Origin: Agrobacterium sp. 719_389
GTDB taxonomy: Bacteria; Bacteroidota; Bacteroidia; UBA8524
Direction of reading: 5' to 3'
Assembly (NCBI GenBank): GCA_943370295.1
Contig: CALRQL020000008.1
Location: 46,865 to 110,864 of the forward strand
DNA: 64,000 bases
In this document: positions 1 through 9,475 of the stretch, in pieces
How positions within the stretch are numbered: position 1 is the stretch's first letter
How the letters are laid out: every line of letters starts with the position of its first letter
Position numbers and translations under genes: made by a program
Notes under the pieces: model-generated
Told to the model about the DNA's origin: nothing
Seen by the model: only the letters and a program-made list of their open reading frames with translations
Database searches by the model: none

Positions 1-207
1 AACGTTATGGGGCTTAACCGCCGCTCTACACTGAAAGGTATCACCATGTCGTCTCCCGATATACGCGCCGGGGTTTCGTTATTGATTGCTGCACTGAGTG
101 CAAACGGAACCAGCATTATACACAACATTGAGCAAATAGACCGCGGTTACGAAAACATTGACAGTCGTTTGAAAGCACTTGGTGCCCAGATTGAACGCTT
201 TGAATAA
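1..207 (+). CDS. murA: UDP-N-acetylglucosamine 1-carboxyvinyltransferase, C-terminal fragment (5' end outside window)
   Basis: The ORF is open to the window edge. The translation ...[40 protein letters not shown] matches the conserved MurA C-terminus. Confidence 0.8.
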   Translation, partial: NVMGLNRRSTLKGITMSSPDIRAGVSLLIAALSANGTSIIHNIEQIDRGYENIDSRLKALGAQIERFE

Positions 208-260
208 ATAAACACGTACAGCCCGATAAAAACGGAACTGTTTTTGTGTGATGTATAGAA

Positions 261-848
261 ATGGATAAAACCAAAATGAAGAAATACACCCTTTATGCAC
301 TTCCATTAGTAATGGTTTTTGGTATTGGTTTGGCCTTTGCGGTTGATGTTACCAAAAAAACTAAAGAGAGCGAACGCGCTGCAATTACTGAGGCCATCAG
401 GCAAAACCCGCCCGAAGTGGGTGATGCTGCTCCTGAAATTGCGTTGCCTACCCCTAATGGTGATACGCTGCGCTTATCAGCATTAAAAGGAAAAATCGTA
501 TTGATTGATTTCTGGGCTTCTTGGTGCAAGCCTTGCCGTTCAGAAAATGTAAATCTTGTTAAAACTTACAACAAGTATAAAAGCATAGGCTTTAAAAACG
601 CGTCGGAGTTTACCGTATTCAGCGTATCGTTAGATAATAGCAAAAGCAGCTGGCAAGCGGCCATTGATAAAGACCGTTTGAGCTGGGAATACCATGTATC
701 GGATATGTTAAAGTGGGAATCAGGCCCCGTAACTACCTATGGAGTTGAGGCGATACCCGCCAACTTTTTGCTAAACGAAAAGGGAGTGGTGGTAGCTAAA
801 AACCTTCGTGGTGCCGACCTTGATAAAGCCCTTGAAAGCTTACGATAG
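261..848 (+). CDS. TlpA/ResA-like thiol:disulfide oxidoreductase (thioredoxin fold), membrane-anchored
   Basis: An N-terminal hydrophobic helix is followed by FWASWCKPCRSE (WCxxC active site) and a typical AhpC/TSA-redoxin layout. Confidence 0.8.
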   Translation: MDKTKMKKYTLYALPLVMVFGIGLAFAVDVTKKTKESERAAITEAIRQNPPEVGDAAPEIALPTPNGDTLRLSALKGKIVLIDFWASWCKPCRSENVNLVKTYNKYKSIGFKNASEFTVFSVSLDNSKSSWQAAIDKDRLSWEYHVSDMLKWESGPVTTYGVEAIPANFLLNEKGVVVAKNLRGADLDKALESLR

Positions 849-867
849 CTAAAAGCACACACTTAAA

Positions 868-915
868 CCACTAAGGCGCAGAAACACTTTATTTAGTGTC
901 TTTGCGCCTTAGTGG
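868..915. terminator. Long hairpin between convergent genes, likely a bidirectional terminator
   Basis: CCACTAAGGCGCAGAAACACT / AGTGTCTTTGCGCCTTAGTGG form ~21-nt arms with 2 mismatches and a TTATTT loop. It lies between the stops at 848 (+) and 961 (-). Confidence 0.6.
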
Positions 916-960
916 CTTTATATAAATCAGGGTTCAGTTTTCTTCTACTACACGAGGTGG

Positions 961-1962
961 TTACACCATTACCAATTTGCGGTGTTTTGCCACCAGTTCG
1001 CCGATAAAGTCTGCGGTTTCATCTGGGTAATCAATATGTATGTGCTTGCCGTATTCAATCCAGCTGTTCAGCTGGTTCAAAAAGTTTCCGTTTATTTCAG
1101 TAATCACCGTACAGCCCGCCTTTTTAGCACCCAAAGCATTGCAATGCTGCTCGTACTGGCCAATCATGGGTACTACCATCACTTTTTTGTTTAAGAAAAT
1201 AGCCTCGGTAGGTGCTTCAAATCCGCCGGCGGTAATTAAGCCCATACAGCCCTCCAGGCTCTTTGTATAGGCATCGCTGTTAATTGGGTACACAAATGTG
1301 TTTTCGACTCTGTAAGGCGTTTTTGTGTGCTTGCTGAATACCTCAAACTTTACCCCGTTTACTTTGGTAAATTTTGTCACCAAAAACTTATCATCGTGGG
1401 CGGGTAAATACACCGTAACATGGCCAAGGTTTTCAGGCTCCAGCTTGCGTATATCCTCGCGTATAACGGGGGTACGTATAAAATCATCGTACCGCTCAAA
1501 GTGAAAACCGATATGTTCTTGCGAGGGGGAGTAATTGCGAAAAACCCACTCTACAAAAGGGTTCTTTTTATCAGGCCGCGGCGTGTTCGGAGATAAAAAC
1601 GCCGCTTGGTGACTCATGGCTACGCAGGTTTTACCGCGCAGTTTGCAAGCCCATGCCGTAACGGGTTCAAAATCGTTAATTATCAAATCGTAGTTGTGCA
1701 CCGGAAAATCCCACACATCCTTCATTAGTTTAAAGGTGCGCATGTTTTTCCAACTGTCCCAAAAATCTACACCGCCTTTTTTACCAAACGTAAAACTCCA
1801 ACCGTGCAGTTTGTGTTTCACGGGGTGGTTCACGTTTACCTCACTTTGGGTTCCGCTGATAAGCACATCCAACTCACCGTTATTTGCCAAATGGGGGATA
1901 ATTTCCCTTGCACGGCTCACGTGGCCGTTACCTGTCCCCTGTATGGCGTATAATATCTTCAT
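961..1962 (-). CDS. Glycosyltransferase (MJ1255/GT28-C-terminal-like family)
   Basis: The N-terminus MKILYAIQGTGNGHVSRAREIIP is a GT-B nucleotide-sugar transferase signature. I prefer the ATG at 1962 over the track's TTG at 1986. The gene overlaps the upstream gene's end by ~35 nt. Confidence 0.6.
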   Translation of the reverse strand: MKILYAIQGTGNGHVSRAREIIPHLANNGELDVLISGTQSEVNVNHPVKHKLHGWSFTFGKKGGVDFWDSWKNMRTFKLMKDVWDFPVHNYDLIINDFEPVTAWACKLRGKTCVAMSHQAAFLSPNTPRPDKKNPFVEWVFRNYSPSQEHIGFHFERYDDFIRTPVIREDIRKLEPENLGHVTVYLPAHDDKFLVTKFTKVNGVKFEVFSKHTKTPYRVENTFVYPINSDAYTKSLEGCMGLITAGGFEAPTEAIFLNKKVMVVPMIGQYEQHCNALGAKKAGCTVITEINGNFLNQLNSWIEYGKHIHIDYPDETADFIGELVAKHRKLVMV

Positions 1963-2785
1963 AAACGTGCTGTATTTTGGGGGCAATCAACGCGTCAATC
2001 TCATCCTTATCCAAAGCATCCTCCGCCTTATCATAGCCCATATCTTTATAAAAATTAAACACCTTCCACTCACCGTTCACATATTCCAACGAGGTTAGGT
2101 TCTCTACCCAGTCGCCGCTGTTAAGGTACACCACTTTGCCCTTTTCGGTCACCACTTCTTTCATCATGGGTTGGTGTATGTGCCCGCAAGCCACGTAATC
2201 GTAACCGCTTTCAATGGCAATCTCCACCGCAGTGTGCTCAAAATCATCAATAAACTTTATGGCTTGCTTCACCCCGCTTTTTATCTTTTTTGATAACGAT
2301 ACCTTACCGCGACGCAATATATTTTCAGAAATAAAGTTTACAAAGCGGTTTAGCAATATCAGCAAATCATAACCCCAACCGCCCAGTTTGGCCAGCCACT
2401 TACTGTGCTTCATGGTGATATCAAACACATCACCGTGAAAAAACCACATCTTTTTACCATCCATTTCAAGCACCAACTTGTTGTCAATCTTAAAGTTGTT
2501 CAACTCAAAATCGGCAAAGCGGCGCAGCATTTCATCGTGGTTTCCGGTAAGGTAGTGCACCTGTGTGCCGTTGTTTATCATTTTCACAATGCGTTGCACC
2601 ACCTTCATGTGGCTTTCGGGCCAAAAGCGTTTGTTAAACTGCCATATATCAATGATGTCCCCGTTGAGTATCAATATCTTGGGGTTAATTTTTTTAAGGT
2701 ACTTGTTCAGTTCCTTAGCGTGGCAGCCATACGTACCAAGGTGTACATCAGATACTACGCAAATATCAAGCGGTCGTTTAGCCAT
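1928..2785 (-). CDS. LpxH-family metallophosphoesterase (UDP-2,3-diacylglucosamine diphosphatase-like)
   Basis: Calcineurin-like motifs are present: VVSDVHLG, LNGDIIDIW, GNHD, GHIH. Confidence 0.65.
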   Translation of the reverse strand: MAKRPLDICVVSDVHLGTYGCHAKELNKYLKKINPKILILNGDIIDIWQFNKRFWPESHMKVVQRIVKMINNGTQVHYLTGNHDEMLRRFADFELNNFKIDNKLVLEMDGKKMWFFHGDVFDITMKHSKWLAKLGGWGYDLLILLNRFVNFISENILRRGKVSLSKKIKSGVKQAIKFIDDFEHTAVEIAIESGYDYVACGHIHQPMMKEVVTEKGKVVYLNSGDWVENLTSLEYVNGEWKVFNFYKDMGYDKAEDALDKDEIDALIAPKIQHVYEDIIRHTGDR

Positions 2786-2882
2786 AAAAATTAATGGGCG
2801 AATGTGGTACGAAGTTTTAAAGTAATTCTTACCATTGTGTTACGCTTCGTTTAATAAAACTAACAGAAAAGCAGGGTTTTAA

Positions 2883-3782
2883 GTGGATAAACAACCAACC
2901 GTATATTATTACCTTCAGTATGTTATTAAAACATTAATATATAGCCGCTTATGGGTGGCTTTTTGTGTTTTTGCGTTTACACAAACGGCGTTTGTACTTT
3001 TTACAGAGGTAAAAGGTGTTTCTGTTTACTCGGTAATTCTTGCGTTGGGTAGTTACTTGTTGTATGTGCTGCCGTTTTTGTATTACGGTGCCAAGGGAGT
3101 GATACGGGCATCAAACCCTCGCCAGTTATGGGTTGAGAAACGACTGAGCCGTTTATACATCACAACGGGTTTGGTGGCAATGGCTACGCTCGCCATGGCT
3201 TTTTTTTACTTTGATGTGTTTTTAAGCGTATTGTATTACAGCGCACCTGTTGGCCTGCTTACGGTTTTGTATGAGTTGCCTTTGATACGTTTTAGGGGAC
3301 GTTTTATGGCTTTGCGACAAATAGGCTGGCTAAAACCTTTTTTACTGGCGTTTGTGTGGTGGTACATGGGTGCTTATGTAGTAGCAATAGACAAGGCAGA
3401 TGATATTAGTTGTTTTGTCACTTATTTAACCATTACGGATAAATGGCTGCTTTTTCTGCAATATGTTTTGATGTTGGTGCTGAGTGTGCTGTTTGATGTA
3501 CGCGATACCGAAGCCGACCGTTTGGCGGGCATACGCACATGGCCGGTGGGGTTGGGCATTGTGCAAACCAAAAAAGTGTTGCTGTTGCTTTGCTTGCTAA
3601 GCATTTCAGTAGCTACTACGGTGCTTCCTTCAGGGGACGTGATGCTATGTTATGCTTGCGTATTCGGCCTTTTAGCCGTTTATACGTTTTTGCCCTTGTA
3701 CAAATTACCTTGGTGGTTTTATGATATAGCCGTTGACGGTATAATGCTGTTGCAATGGCTGTTGGTGCTGGTATTGCTTTAA
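2883..3782 (+). CDS. Polytopic membrane protein, possibly a divergent UbiA-type prenyltransferase
   Basis: About 8 hydrophobic segments. FDVRDTEADRLAGIRTWPV resembles the second Asp-rich UbiA motif, but the first motif is not evident. GTG start. Confidence 0.4.
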   Translation: MDKQPTVYYYLQYVIKTLIYSRLWVAFCVFAFTQTAFVLFTEVKGVSVYSVILALGSYLLYVLPFLYYGAKGVIRASNPRQLWVEKRLSRLYITTGLVAMATLAMAFFYFDVFLSVLYYSAPVGLLTVLYELPLIRFRGRFMALRQIGWLKPFLLAFVWWYMGAYVVAIDKADDISCFVTYLTITDKWLLFLQYVLMLVLSVLFDVRDTEADRLAGIRTWPVGLGIVQTKKVLLLLCLLSISVATTVLPSGDVMLCYACVFGLLAVYTFLPLYKLPWWFYDIAVDGIMLLQWLLVLVLL

Positions 3783-3793
3783 GGAGATTACCA

Positions 3794-4930
3794 TTACTCA
3801 ACAACATGGGGTATAAACCTACTGTGGTTATTGGTAATTAATCCCTCGCTTTCGCGGATGCCTATCCCCGCCGATTCTCCGTCTATCATCCAACTGCCTA
3901 TTACAGGCAATGGTCCAAAATGGTTTTGCAGTTTATAATACTGCTGAAATACATAACCTTCTTCGCCGTAATCCCCATCACTAAACTCTTTCATCGTATT
4001 GTTTTCTACAATGGTAATATTGGCTCCCTCTCTTGAAAAGAATGGCTTTTTAACAAAATTACCGTTTAGCTTTTCCGCAGAAAAATAAGAAGGCAATAGG
4101 TTAGGGTGGTTAGGGAAAAGCCGCCACAGTAAAGCCAAAATAGCCTTGTTTGATAGTAAAACCTTCCAAGCAGGCTCCATCCAATATACTTGGGCATGGG
4201 TGTTTACCAAAGGCTCTGCAAACTCTTCGTGTGCCATCCACTCCCAAGGGTATAGTTTGAAGCAGTTTTTTATGCCGTTCATTTCCATATCAACAAACTG
4301 TTGGGTAAACTCTTCCCACCCAATATCCCCAATAGGTATAAAGGCCGTTTTTATTCCTGCTTGTTCGGCACAGTCGCGTAAATATTCTACCGTAACAAGG
4401 TCTTCTTGCGAGTCTTCAACCGCAGCAAAATATAAAGTGCCATTATGCAAATACTGTTTAAGGTCCTTCCATTTTGCAAGTAAACGGTCGTGGATGGAAT
4501 TAAATTGGTCGGCATTAGGGAATGTTTCTTCCAGCCAAAACCATTGCACTACAGCCGACTCGAACAGGCTTGTGGGAGTATCTGCATTATATTCCAACAG
4601 TTTCGGCGGGTTATGCCCGTCGTACAACAAATCGAAACGACCGTAAATAGAGGGGTAATCATTGTCCCAACTGCTGCGGATAATCCCCCGCATGTTTTCA
4701 GGTATTTTAAACTCGTCAAAAAGTTCGTTGTCAATAATATGCTGTACGGCTTGCAAGCACATTTCATGCAGCTCGTTAGATGCCGTCTCTAGTACTTCAA
4801 TCTCTTTTAATGTAAAGTGATAATAGGCGTTTTCTTGCCAGTATTGTGAGCCTGTAGAGTGGTAGCTGAAGCCGATTTCTTCAACTTTATGTTGCCAGTT
4901 TTTTCTTGGCGATATAGGTACTCGCTTCAT
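3794..4930 (-). CDS. Glutathionylspermidine-synthase-like ATP-grasp ligase (YgiC/YjfC family)
   Basis: RFDLLYDG...PKLLEYNADTPTSL and the C-terminal IGIRES motifs are typical of GspS pre-ATP-grasp proteins. At 378 aa it is the same size as E. coli YgiC. Confidence 0.75.
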   Translation of the reverse strand: MKRVPISPRKNWQHKVEEIGFSYHSTGSQYWQENAYYHFTLKEIEVLETASNELHEMCLQAVQHIIDNELFDEFKIPENMRGIIRSSWDNDYPSIYGRFDLLYDGHNPPKLLEYNADTPTSLFESAVVQWFWLEETFPNADQFNSIHDRLLAKWKDLKQYLHNGTLYFAAVEDSQEDLVTVEYLRDCAEQAGIKTAFIPIGDIGWEEFTQQFVDMEMNGIKNCFKLYPWEWMAHEEFAEPLVNTHAQVYWMEPAWKVLLSNKAILALLWRLFPNHPNLLPSYFSAEKLNGNFVKKPFFSREGANITIVENNTMKEFSDGDYGEEGYVFQQYYKLQNHFGPLPVIGSWMIDGESAGIGIRESEGLITNNHSRFIPHVVE

Positions 4931-4932
4931 GG

Positions 4933-5244
4933 TTATCCCCCAACATAATGATTGCCTCGGCCGGTTTTTCCAAAGCCGCTTCTTGAGACAGTTCTTGCGT
5001 ATAAGGAAGATTTTTTGGAGATATTATTTGATTCCATTCCTATGCGAGAATAGCGCCCGTTTTGGAATAAACCGAAAGACCTGAAATGGTAATAACCGCC
5101 GCCGTGATAATAGGGGCGAGAATAGGATGCTGATGTATCGGTACGCAGATACATTTTGTTTTTGGGCATATCTCCTTCTTTATTGCTGCAAGCCGAGAGC
5201 GATGTGCCTACAATAATGAGTTTGATTATTTTAGACTTTTTCAC
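4933..5244 (-). CDS. Small lipoprotein, DUF1190/YgiB-like
   Basis: Lipobox LSAC is present. The Gly/Tyr-rich body and the C-terminal ...VSRSGFGKTGRG..VGG resemble the YgiB C-terminus (..RGGFGES......MGG). It sits 2 nt upstream of the YgiC-like gene. Confidence 0.5.
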   Translation of the reverse strand: MKKSKIIKLIIVGTSLSACSNKEGDMPKNKMYLRTDTSASYSRPYYHGGGYYHFRSFGLFQNGRYSRIGMESNNISKKSSLYARTVSRSGFGKTGRGNHYVGG

Positions 5245-5246
5245 CG

Positions 5247-5618
5247 CTATTTTACTGTAATAAAGAACTCGTATTCGTTTGGCACCTTTATCTTTCTTTC
5301 TCCCCCTTCCTCCTCAACAAGTTCTGTTTTAGAGCCTGTGTACGGAACAGTGTCGTATATAACCTGTTCTTTTATGAGTGCGTTTTTGTAGAATATTTTT
5401 TTGGTGGTTGAAATTACGTAAGCCGTATCGTTTAGGGGGGTTGAGTCAAACACTACCTCAACCGAATTTTCAGTCTGTAATTTAGCCAACTCCATGGCGG
5501 GTTTTTTGGTATAATACAGCACTAAAAAAACAATAATGAGAACCAAAGGAACGACGATAATCAGCGTTTTAAGTTTTCTGTTTTGATCTTTTACAAGTTG
5601 TACGCTTCTTCTTACCAT
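5247..5618 (-). CDS. Hypothetical single-pass membrane protein
   Basis: An N-terminal TM helix (LIIVVPLVLIIVFLVLYY) is present. It has a 2-nt gap to the downstream gene. No family was recognised. Confidence 0.5.
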   Translation of the reverse strand: MVRRSVQLVKDQNRKLKTLIIVVPLVLIIVFLVLYYTKKPAMELAKLQTENSVEVVFDSTPLNDTAYVISTTKKIFYKNALIKEQVIYDTVPYTGSKTELVEEEGGERKIKVPNEYEFFITVK

Positions 5619-5633
5619 TAAAAGCAGTTTTTA

Positions 5634-6581
5634 TCAAATATTCACCTTCTTTTTCACAATGTACTCAGGGCGGTCTTTCACTTCGTCGAAAATGTTGCCG
5701 ATGTATTCGCCCAATACGCCTACGGTAATTAGCTGTACCCCGCCAAAAAAGATGATAGTGATAATGAGCGAAGCCCAACCGGGTACTTCTTCCAAATCGC
5801 CGTTTATCTTTTCAACTATAACAATAGTGGTCAAAATCAACCCGATGAGTATGCTTACCAACCCAAGATTAAGGGCAAGTTTCAGTGGTTTTTTGCTGAA
5901 ATAAAACATCCCGATGCTGGCCAAGTGCAGCAGCTTGCGCAGCGAGTATTTGGTTTCGCCGCCCGCACGACCCGGGCGGTTGTAATAGAAAGGCGTTTGC
6001 GAAAAGCCCATCCAACTGATAATCCCACGAACGTATTTGTTCTTCTCGCGGAATTGCTTGAAGGCATCTATCACGTGGCGGTCAATCAAACGGAAGTCGC
6101 CCGAATCTAAGGGCAAATCCACTTCTGAAAGGTAATTCACCGTGCGGTAAAAGCCTTTATAGGCCAGTTTTTTCAAGAAACCAACGCCCTCTCTGTTTTG
6201 GCGTACGCAATACACCACGTTGGCCTGTGTTTCTTTATACTTGGCAATAATATCGGGGAAAAGCTCCGGAGGGTCTTGCAAATCGGCATCAATAATAATA
6301 GCAACGTCGCCCGTAGCTTCGCAAATGCCTGCGCACACGGCAGGCTGGTGACCGAAATTGCGCGAAAACGAAAGCAGTTTAATGTTGGGGTTGGTGGCCG
6401 CGCGTTCTTCTAAAATAGAAAGCGTGCCATCACGACTGCCGTCGTCAATAAAAATAACCTCGTAGTTGGTGTGGTAGCCGTTGGTATTTATCACCCCCAT
6501 CAATCGGTCAAAAGTGGTGGATATAACGTCTTCTTCGTTATAGCAGGGGATAATTACCGATAGCCTAAGTTGTTCGCTCAT
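5634..6581 (-). CDS. GT2 polyprenol-phosphate glycosyltransferase (ArnC/DPM1-like) with C-terminal TM helices
   Basis: LSVIIPCYNEE, FIDDGSRDGT, IIIDADLQDPP and two C-terminal TM segments are present. Confidence 0.8.
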   Translation of the reverse strand: MSEQLRLSVIIPCYNEEDVISTTFDRLMGVINTNGYHTNYEVIFIDDGSRDGTLSILEERAATNPNIKLLSFSRNFGHQPAVCAGICEATGDVAIIIDADLQDPPELFPDIIAKYKETQANVVYCVRQNREGVGFLKKLAYKGFYRTVNYLSEVDLPLDSGDFRLIDRHVIDAFKQFREKNKYVRGIISWMGFSQTPFYYNRPGRAGGETKYSLRKLLHLASIGMFYFSKKPLKLALNLGLVSILIGLILTTIVIVEKINGDLEEVPGWASLIITIIFFGGVQLITVGVLGEYIGNIFDEVKDRPEYIVKKKVNI

Positions 6582-8219
6582 TTATTTAACTTTCTCAAAA
6601 ACTGCTATCTGGAAACTTCTGTCTTTGGCAGTAACCATCAGCGGTTCCAAAAATTTATATCCGTTTTGTTCAAAATATTCAGGCATTACACTGCCTGGTG
6701 TACGGTTGGGGCGGTAGCCGTAGTGGCTGTCCCAAACCATTAAACTACCCACCGGGGCCGCCATAATGCTGGCACTATCAAGCGTGCCTGTTTTTTCTTT
6801 GCGGCTGTTGGTTTCAGTAAGCCAATAGTACCAAATGTTTGAGTGGTTGCAATACAAGGGGCGGTCTTTCAAATCGCCTTGCTTGTTAAGGCGCTGCACC
6901 AATTGACGCACTGATACATTTTCTTCCGATAGTTTGTATGGGTGTACTTCTTTGCTGGCGTACAGTAAACCCAATCCCGTAACCACACCCGTTAGTGCCA
7001 ATCCTTTCAGCGGCACAAAATAGAGCGCAGCCCCTGCCAACACAAACACAAAGGGGAAAAAGTCTTTTATTTTATCTTCTGTTTTTGGGTCGATGGTAAA
7101 TTTCAGGTAGCTATGTTCGTAAGTCATAAAAATCAATACGAATACAGCAAGAGCGCCCAAAACAATTCCTAATTCTGATAAACTAGGGCGTTTAAGCCAC
7201 AACAAACTTAGTGCTCCTAAGGTTGCTACCAGTGGCGAAATGGCCGTCATATAGCGCAGGTTACCGCCGGTTGCAGGGCCAATTTCAGGGCTTTTAAGGT
7301 TAAATATACAGTGAATGGCAAAGAAGAATACAAAGGGCACAAACACAAACAATACTTCAGCGTCTTTGCTTTTCAACCATCCTTTTGATACTGCGGCTTT
7401 AAGTATTTGATAGGTGGCAACGGCCAGCAATGCTATTTGGATAGCTCCAAAAACCACTGCCGACATTAGTATATAATGTTCCAATCCTTGTTTGGGATAT
7501 TCTTTAGCATACGCGGCTGATGTGGCAGCAGCTTCGGTAATCATGTACCAAAAATCACCTTTGGCACCAAGTGTCCACAAAGCATATAGAAGCGGGAAAA
7601 CTCCCAGGGCTATCATAGGCGCCCACTTGCGCTTAATTAACAGATACAAGCCCATTAAAAGGGCTAAGGGAATAAGTTCTTGGCGAATTAACACATCATA
7701 CGAAAGCAACAGTGAGCTAAACAGCCATTTTTCTTTTAAAGCCAGATAAACGGAGCCTATGAGCAATACGCCTGAAAGTATATCGGCGTAGTTGCGGAAA
7801 GAAATTTCAATCCAAACTGGTTGTAGGGCAGCTAATACAAAGGCAAGCACAGCCGCTTGTTTGTTAAAATGCTGGGCAGTTTTAGCAGCCAGCCAGCATC
7901 CCAAGGCACTAATGGCGCAATTAAACAACACTACAAATTTATAACCCAATAAGGCGGGCAAGGCGTATAGCAGCTTGTAGCCGGGTTTTGCCCAGTTACC
8001 CATTACGCTGGTAGGGTCGTCCCAAAAGCCCAGCATACTCATAAAGTGGGCAATTTCATCGTCCTGATAAAACCCTACAGATTTGGTGGAGTAAAAGTAA
8101 AAGCCCACCAATGCGGCGGCAGTCAGTATCCACAAGTGCGACTCTTTACTGCCAAAGCCCTCTTGTTGGCCAACAGTAGCTGCGGCAGTTTCTTTTTTGG
8201 GAGTTTCTTTTTTTACCAT
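6582..8219 (-). CDS. GT-C fold integral membrane glycosyltransferase (ArnT/PMT-like)
   Basis: 545 aa with more than 10 TM segments. An early-loop YQDDEIAHF acidic motif and a soluble C-terminal domain are present. The start abuts the stop of the GT2 gene. Confidence 0.6.
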   Translation of the reverse strand: MVKKETPKKETAAATVGQQEGFGSKESHLWILTAAALVGFYFYSTKSVGFYQDDEIAHFMSMLGFWDDPTSVMGNWAKPGYKLLYALPALLGYKFVVLFNCAISALGCWLAAKTAQHFNKQAAVLAFVLAALQPVWIEISFRNYADILSGVLLIGSVYLALKEKWLFSSLLLSYDVLIRQELIPLALLMGLYLLIKRKWAPMIALGVFPLLYALWTLGAKGDFWYMITEAAATSAAYAKEYPKQGLEHYILMSAVVFGAIQIALLAVATYQILKAAVSKGWLKSKDAEVLFVFVPFVFFFAIHCIFNLKSPEIGPATGGNLRYMTAISPLVATLGALSLLWLKRPSLSELGIVLGALAVFVLIFMTYEHSYLKFTIDPKTEDKIKDFFPFVFVLAGAALYFVPLKGLALTGVVTGLGLLYASKEVHPYKLSEENVSVRQLVQRLNKQGDLKDRPLYCNHSNIWYYWLTETNSRKEKTGTLDSASIMAAPVGSLMVWDSHYGYRPNRTPGSVMPEYFEQNGYKFLEPLMVTAKDRSFQIAVFEKVK

Positions 8220-8237
8220 TCGTCTTAACTAAGATTT

Positions 8238-8645
8238 TTAGGATGAAGGGATTATAGGATTGTTTTTATTATCAGGGTGCTTAGTATTGTATATGCGTTT
8301 AAACTCTAAACTTTTCGCCCCGAAATTAATTAATAAACCAATGGGCAGTTTATACGCCTCAAGATAATTTAATGCTTGGGCTAAATGTAAATCGTCTAAA
8401 GCCGATACTGCTTTTAGCTCCACCATTATAGAGTCTTCCACAAAAAAATCAACCCGTCTAGTTCCAATTTCCGTTTCCCGATAAATTATTGTCATTTCCT
8501 TCTCACGTTCAAACCGGAGGCCTTGACTACTCATTTCGAGCGCAAGAGCTCTCTGGTAAATAACTTCTTGAAAACCACTACCCAAAAAACTATGAACAGC
8601 CATGCTACAGCCAATAATTTTATGAGTGGTTTCTTTATGAATCAT
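8238..8645 (-). CDS. GxxExxY-family PD-(D/E)XK protein
   Basis: GSGFQEVIYQRAL (GxxExxY), VDFFVEDSIMVELK and LINF motifs are present in a 135-aa protein. Confidence 0.7.
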   Translation of the reverse strand: MIHKETTHKIIGCSMAVHSFLGSGFQEVIYQRALALEMSSQGLRFEREKEMTIIYRETEIGTRRVDFFVEDSIMVELKAVSALDDLHLAQALNYLEAYKLPIGLLINFGAKSLEFKRIYNTKHPDNKNNPIIPSS

Positions 8646-8725
8646 AGAATCATTAAATCCGTATTATCCAAGTTCTGACAACCTTTCAAAGAAACAATAA
8701 AATAGCCGTATTTTGCACCCTCAAA

Positions 8726-9475
8726 ATGGATAAACGCTACTACAAAGAGTATTACACTCTAGAACGCGGGCATTGGTGGTTTACCGTGCGTGCCCAAATA
8801 TTGGAGGATTATGTTCGCAGGAATATATACAAGGGCAGCCCGCTTAAAATTTTGAACGTTGGGGTGGCAACGGGTGCTACCAGTGATATGTTGGCAAAGT
8901 TTGGTGAGGTTACCTCGCTGGAGTATGATGCCGATTGTTGTGCCTTTTTGCGTGAAGAGTTGAATATGGACGTGATTAACGGTTCAGTACTTGAGCTGCC
9001 GTTTGGTGCCGGGGAATATGATTTGGTGTGTGCGTTTGATGTGATTGAACACGTAGAGGATGATACGCTTGCCGTACGCGAAATGAAGCGCGTGTGCAAA
9101 CCCGGCGGAGATTTGTTTATTACCGTTCCTGCGCTGATGGTGCTTTGGAGCCAACACGACGAGGTGAACCATCACTTCCGTCGCTATAAGATGAGTGGCA
9201 TAAAAGCCTTGTTTGAAAAAGATACCGACGGCTCGGAGCGATTTTCAAGTTATTTCAACTCGTTGCTGTTTCCCCCCATTTTTGTATTCAGGGTGCTTTC
9301 AAAACTATTGCCCAAGCGTAGCACAAAAAACAACTCAGGATCAGATTTCGGGGTGTTCAACAACGGTTTTACCAATAAACTGTTGGCGGCCTTTTTCAGG
9401 ATTGAATTAAGCTGGCTTCGTTTCTCAAAATTTCCTGTGGGGGTTTCTATACTGTATAGCTGGAAGAAGAAATAA
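8726..9475 (+). CDS. Class I SAM-dependent methyltransferase
   Basis: ILNVGVATG (motif I) and AFDVIEHV are present. Confidence 0.75.
   Translation: MDKRYYKEYYTLERGHWWFTVRAQILEDYVRRNIYKGSPLKILNVGVATGATSDMLAKFGEVTSLEYDADCCAFLREELNMDVINGSVLELPFGAGEYDLVCAFDVIEHVEDDTLAVREMKRVCKPGGDLFITVPALMVLWSQHDEVNHHFRRYKMSGIKALFEKDTDGSERFSSYFNSLLFPPIFVFRVLSKLLPKRSTKNNSGSDFGVFNNGFTNKLLAAFFRIELSWLRFSKFPVGVSILYSWKKK

Noticed and set aside
4146-4646. Numerous 60-170-aa ORFs lie antisense to or out of frame with long genes, for example 1694-2098, 4146-4646, 11341-11655, 20788-21207, 34976-35446, 41359-41775, 45358-45750 and 50790-51194.
   Set aside because: All are embedded in confidently identified genes on the opposite strand or another frame, and none has a recognisable motif. 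They are typical shadow ORFs.
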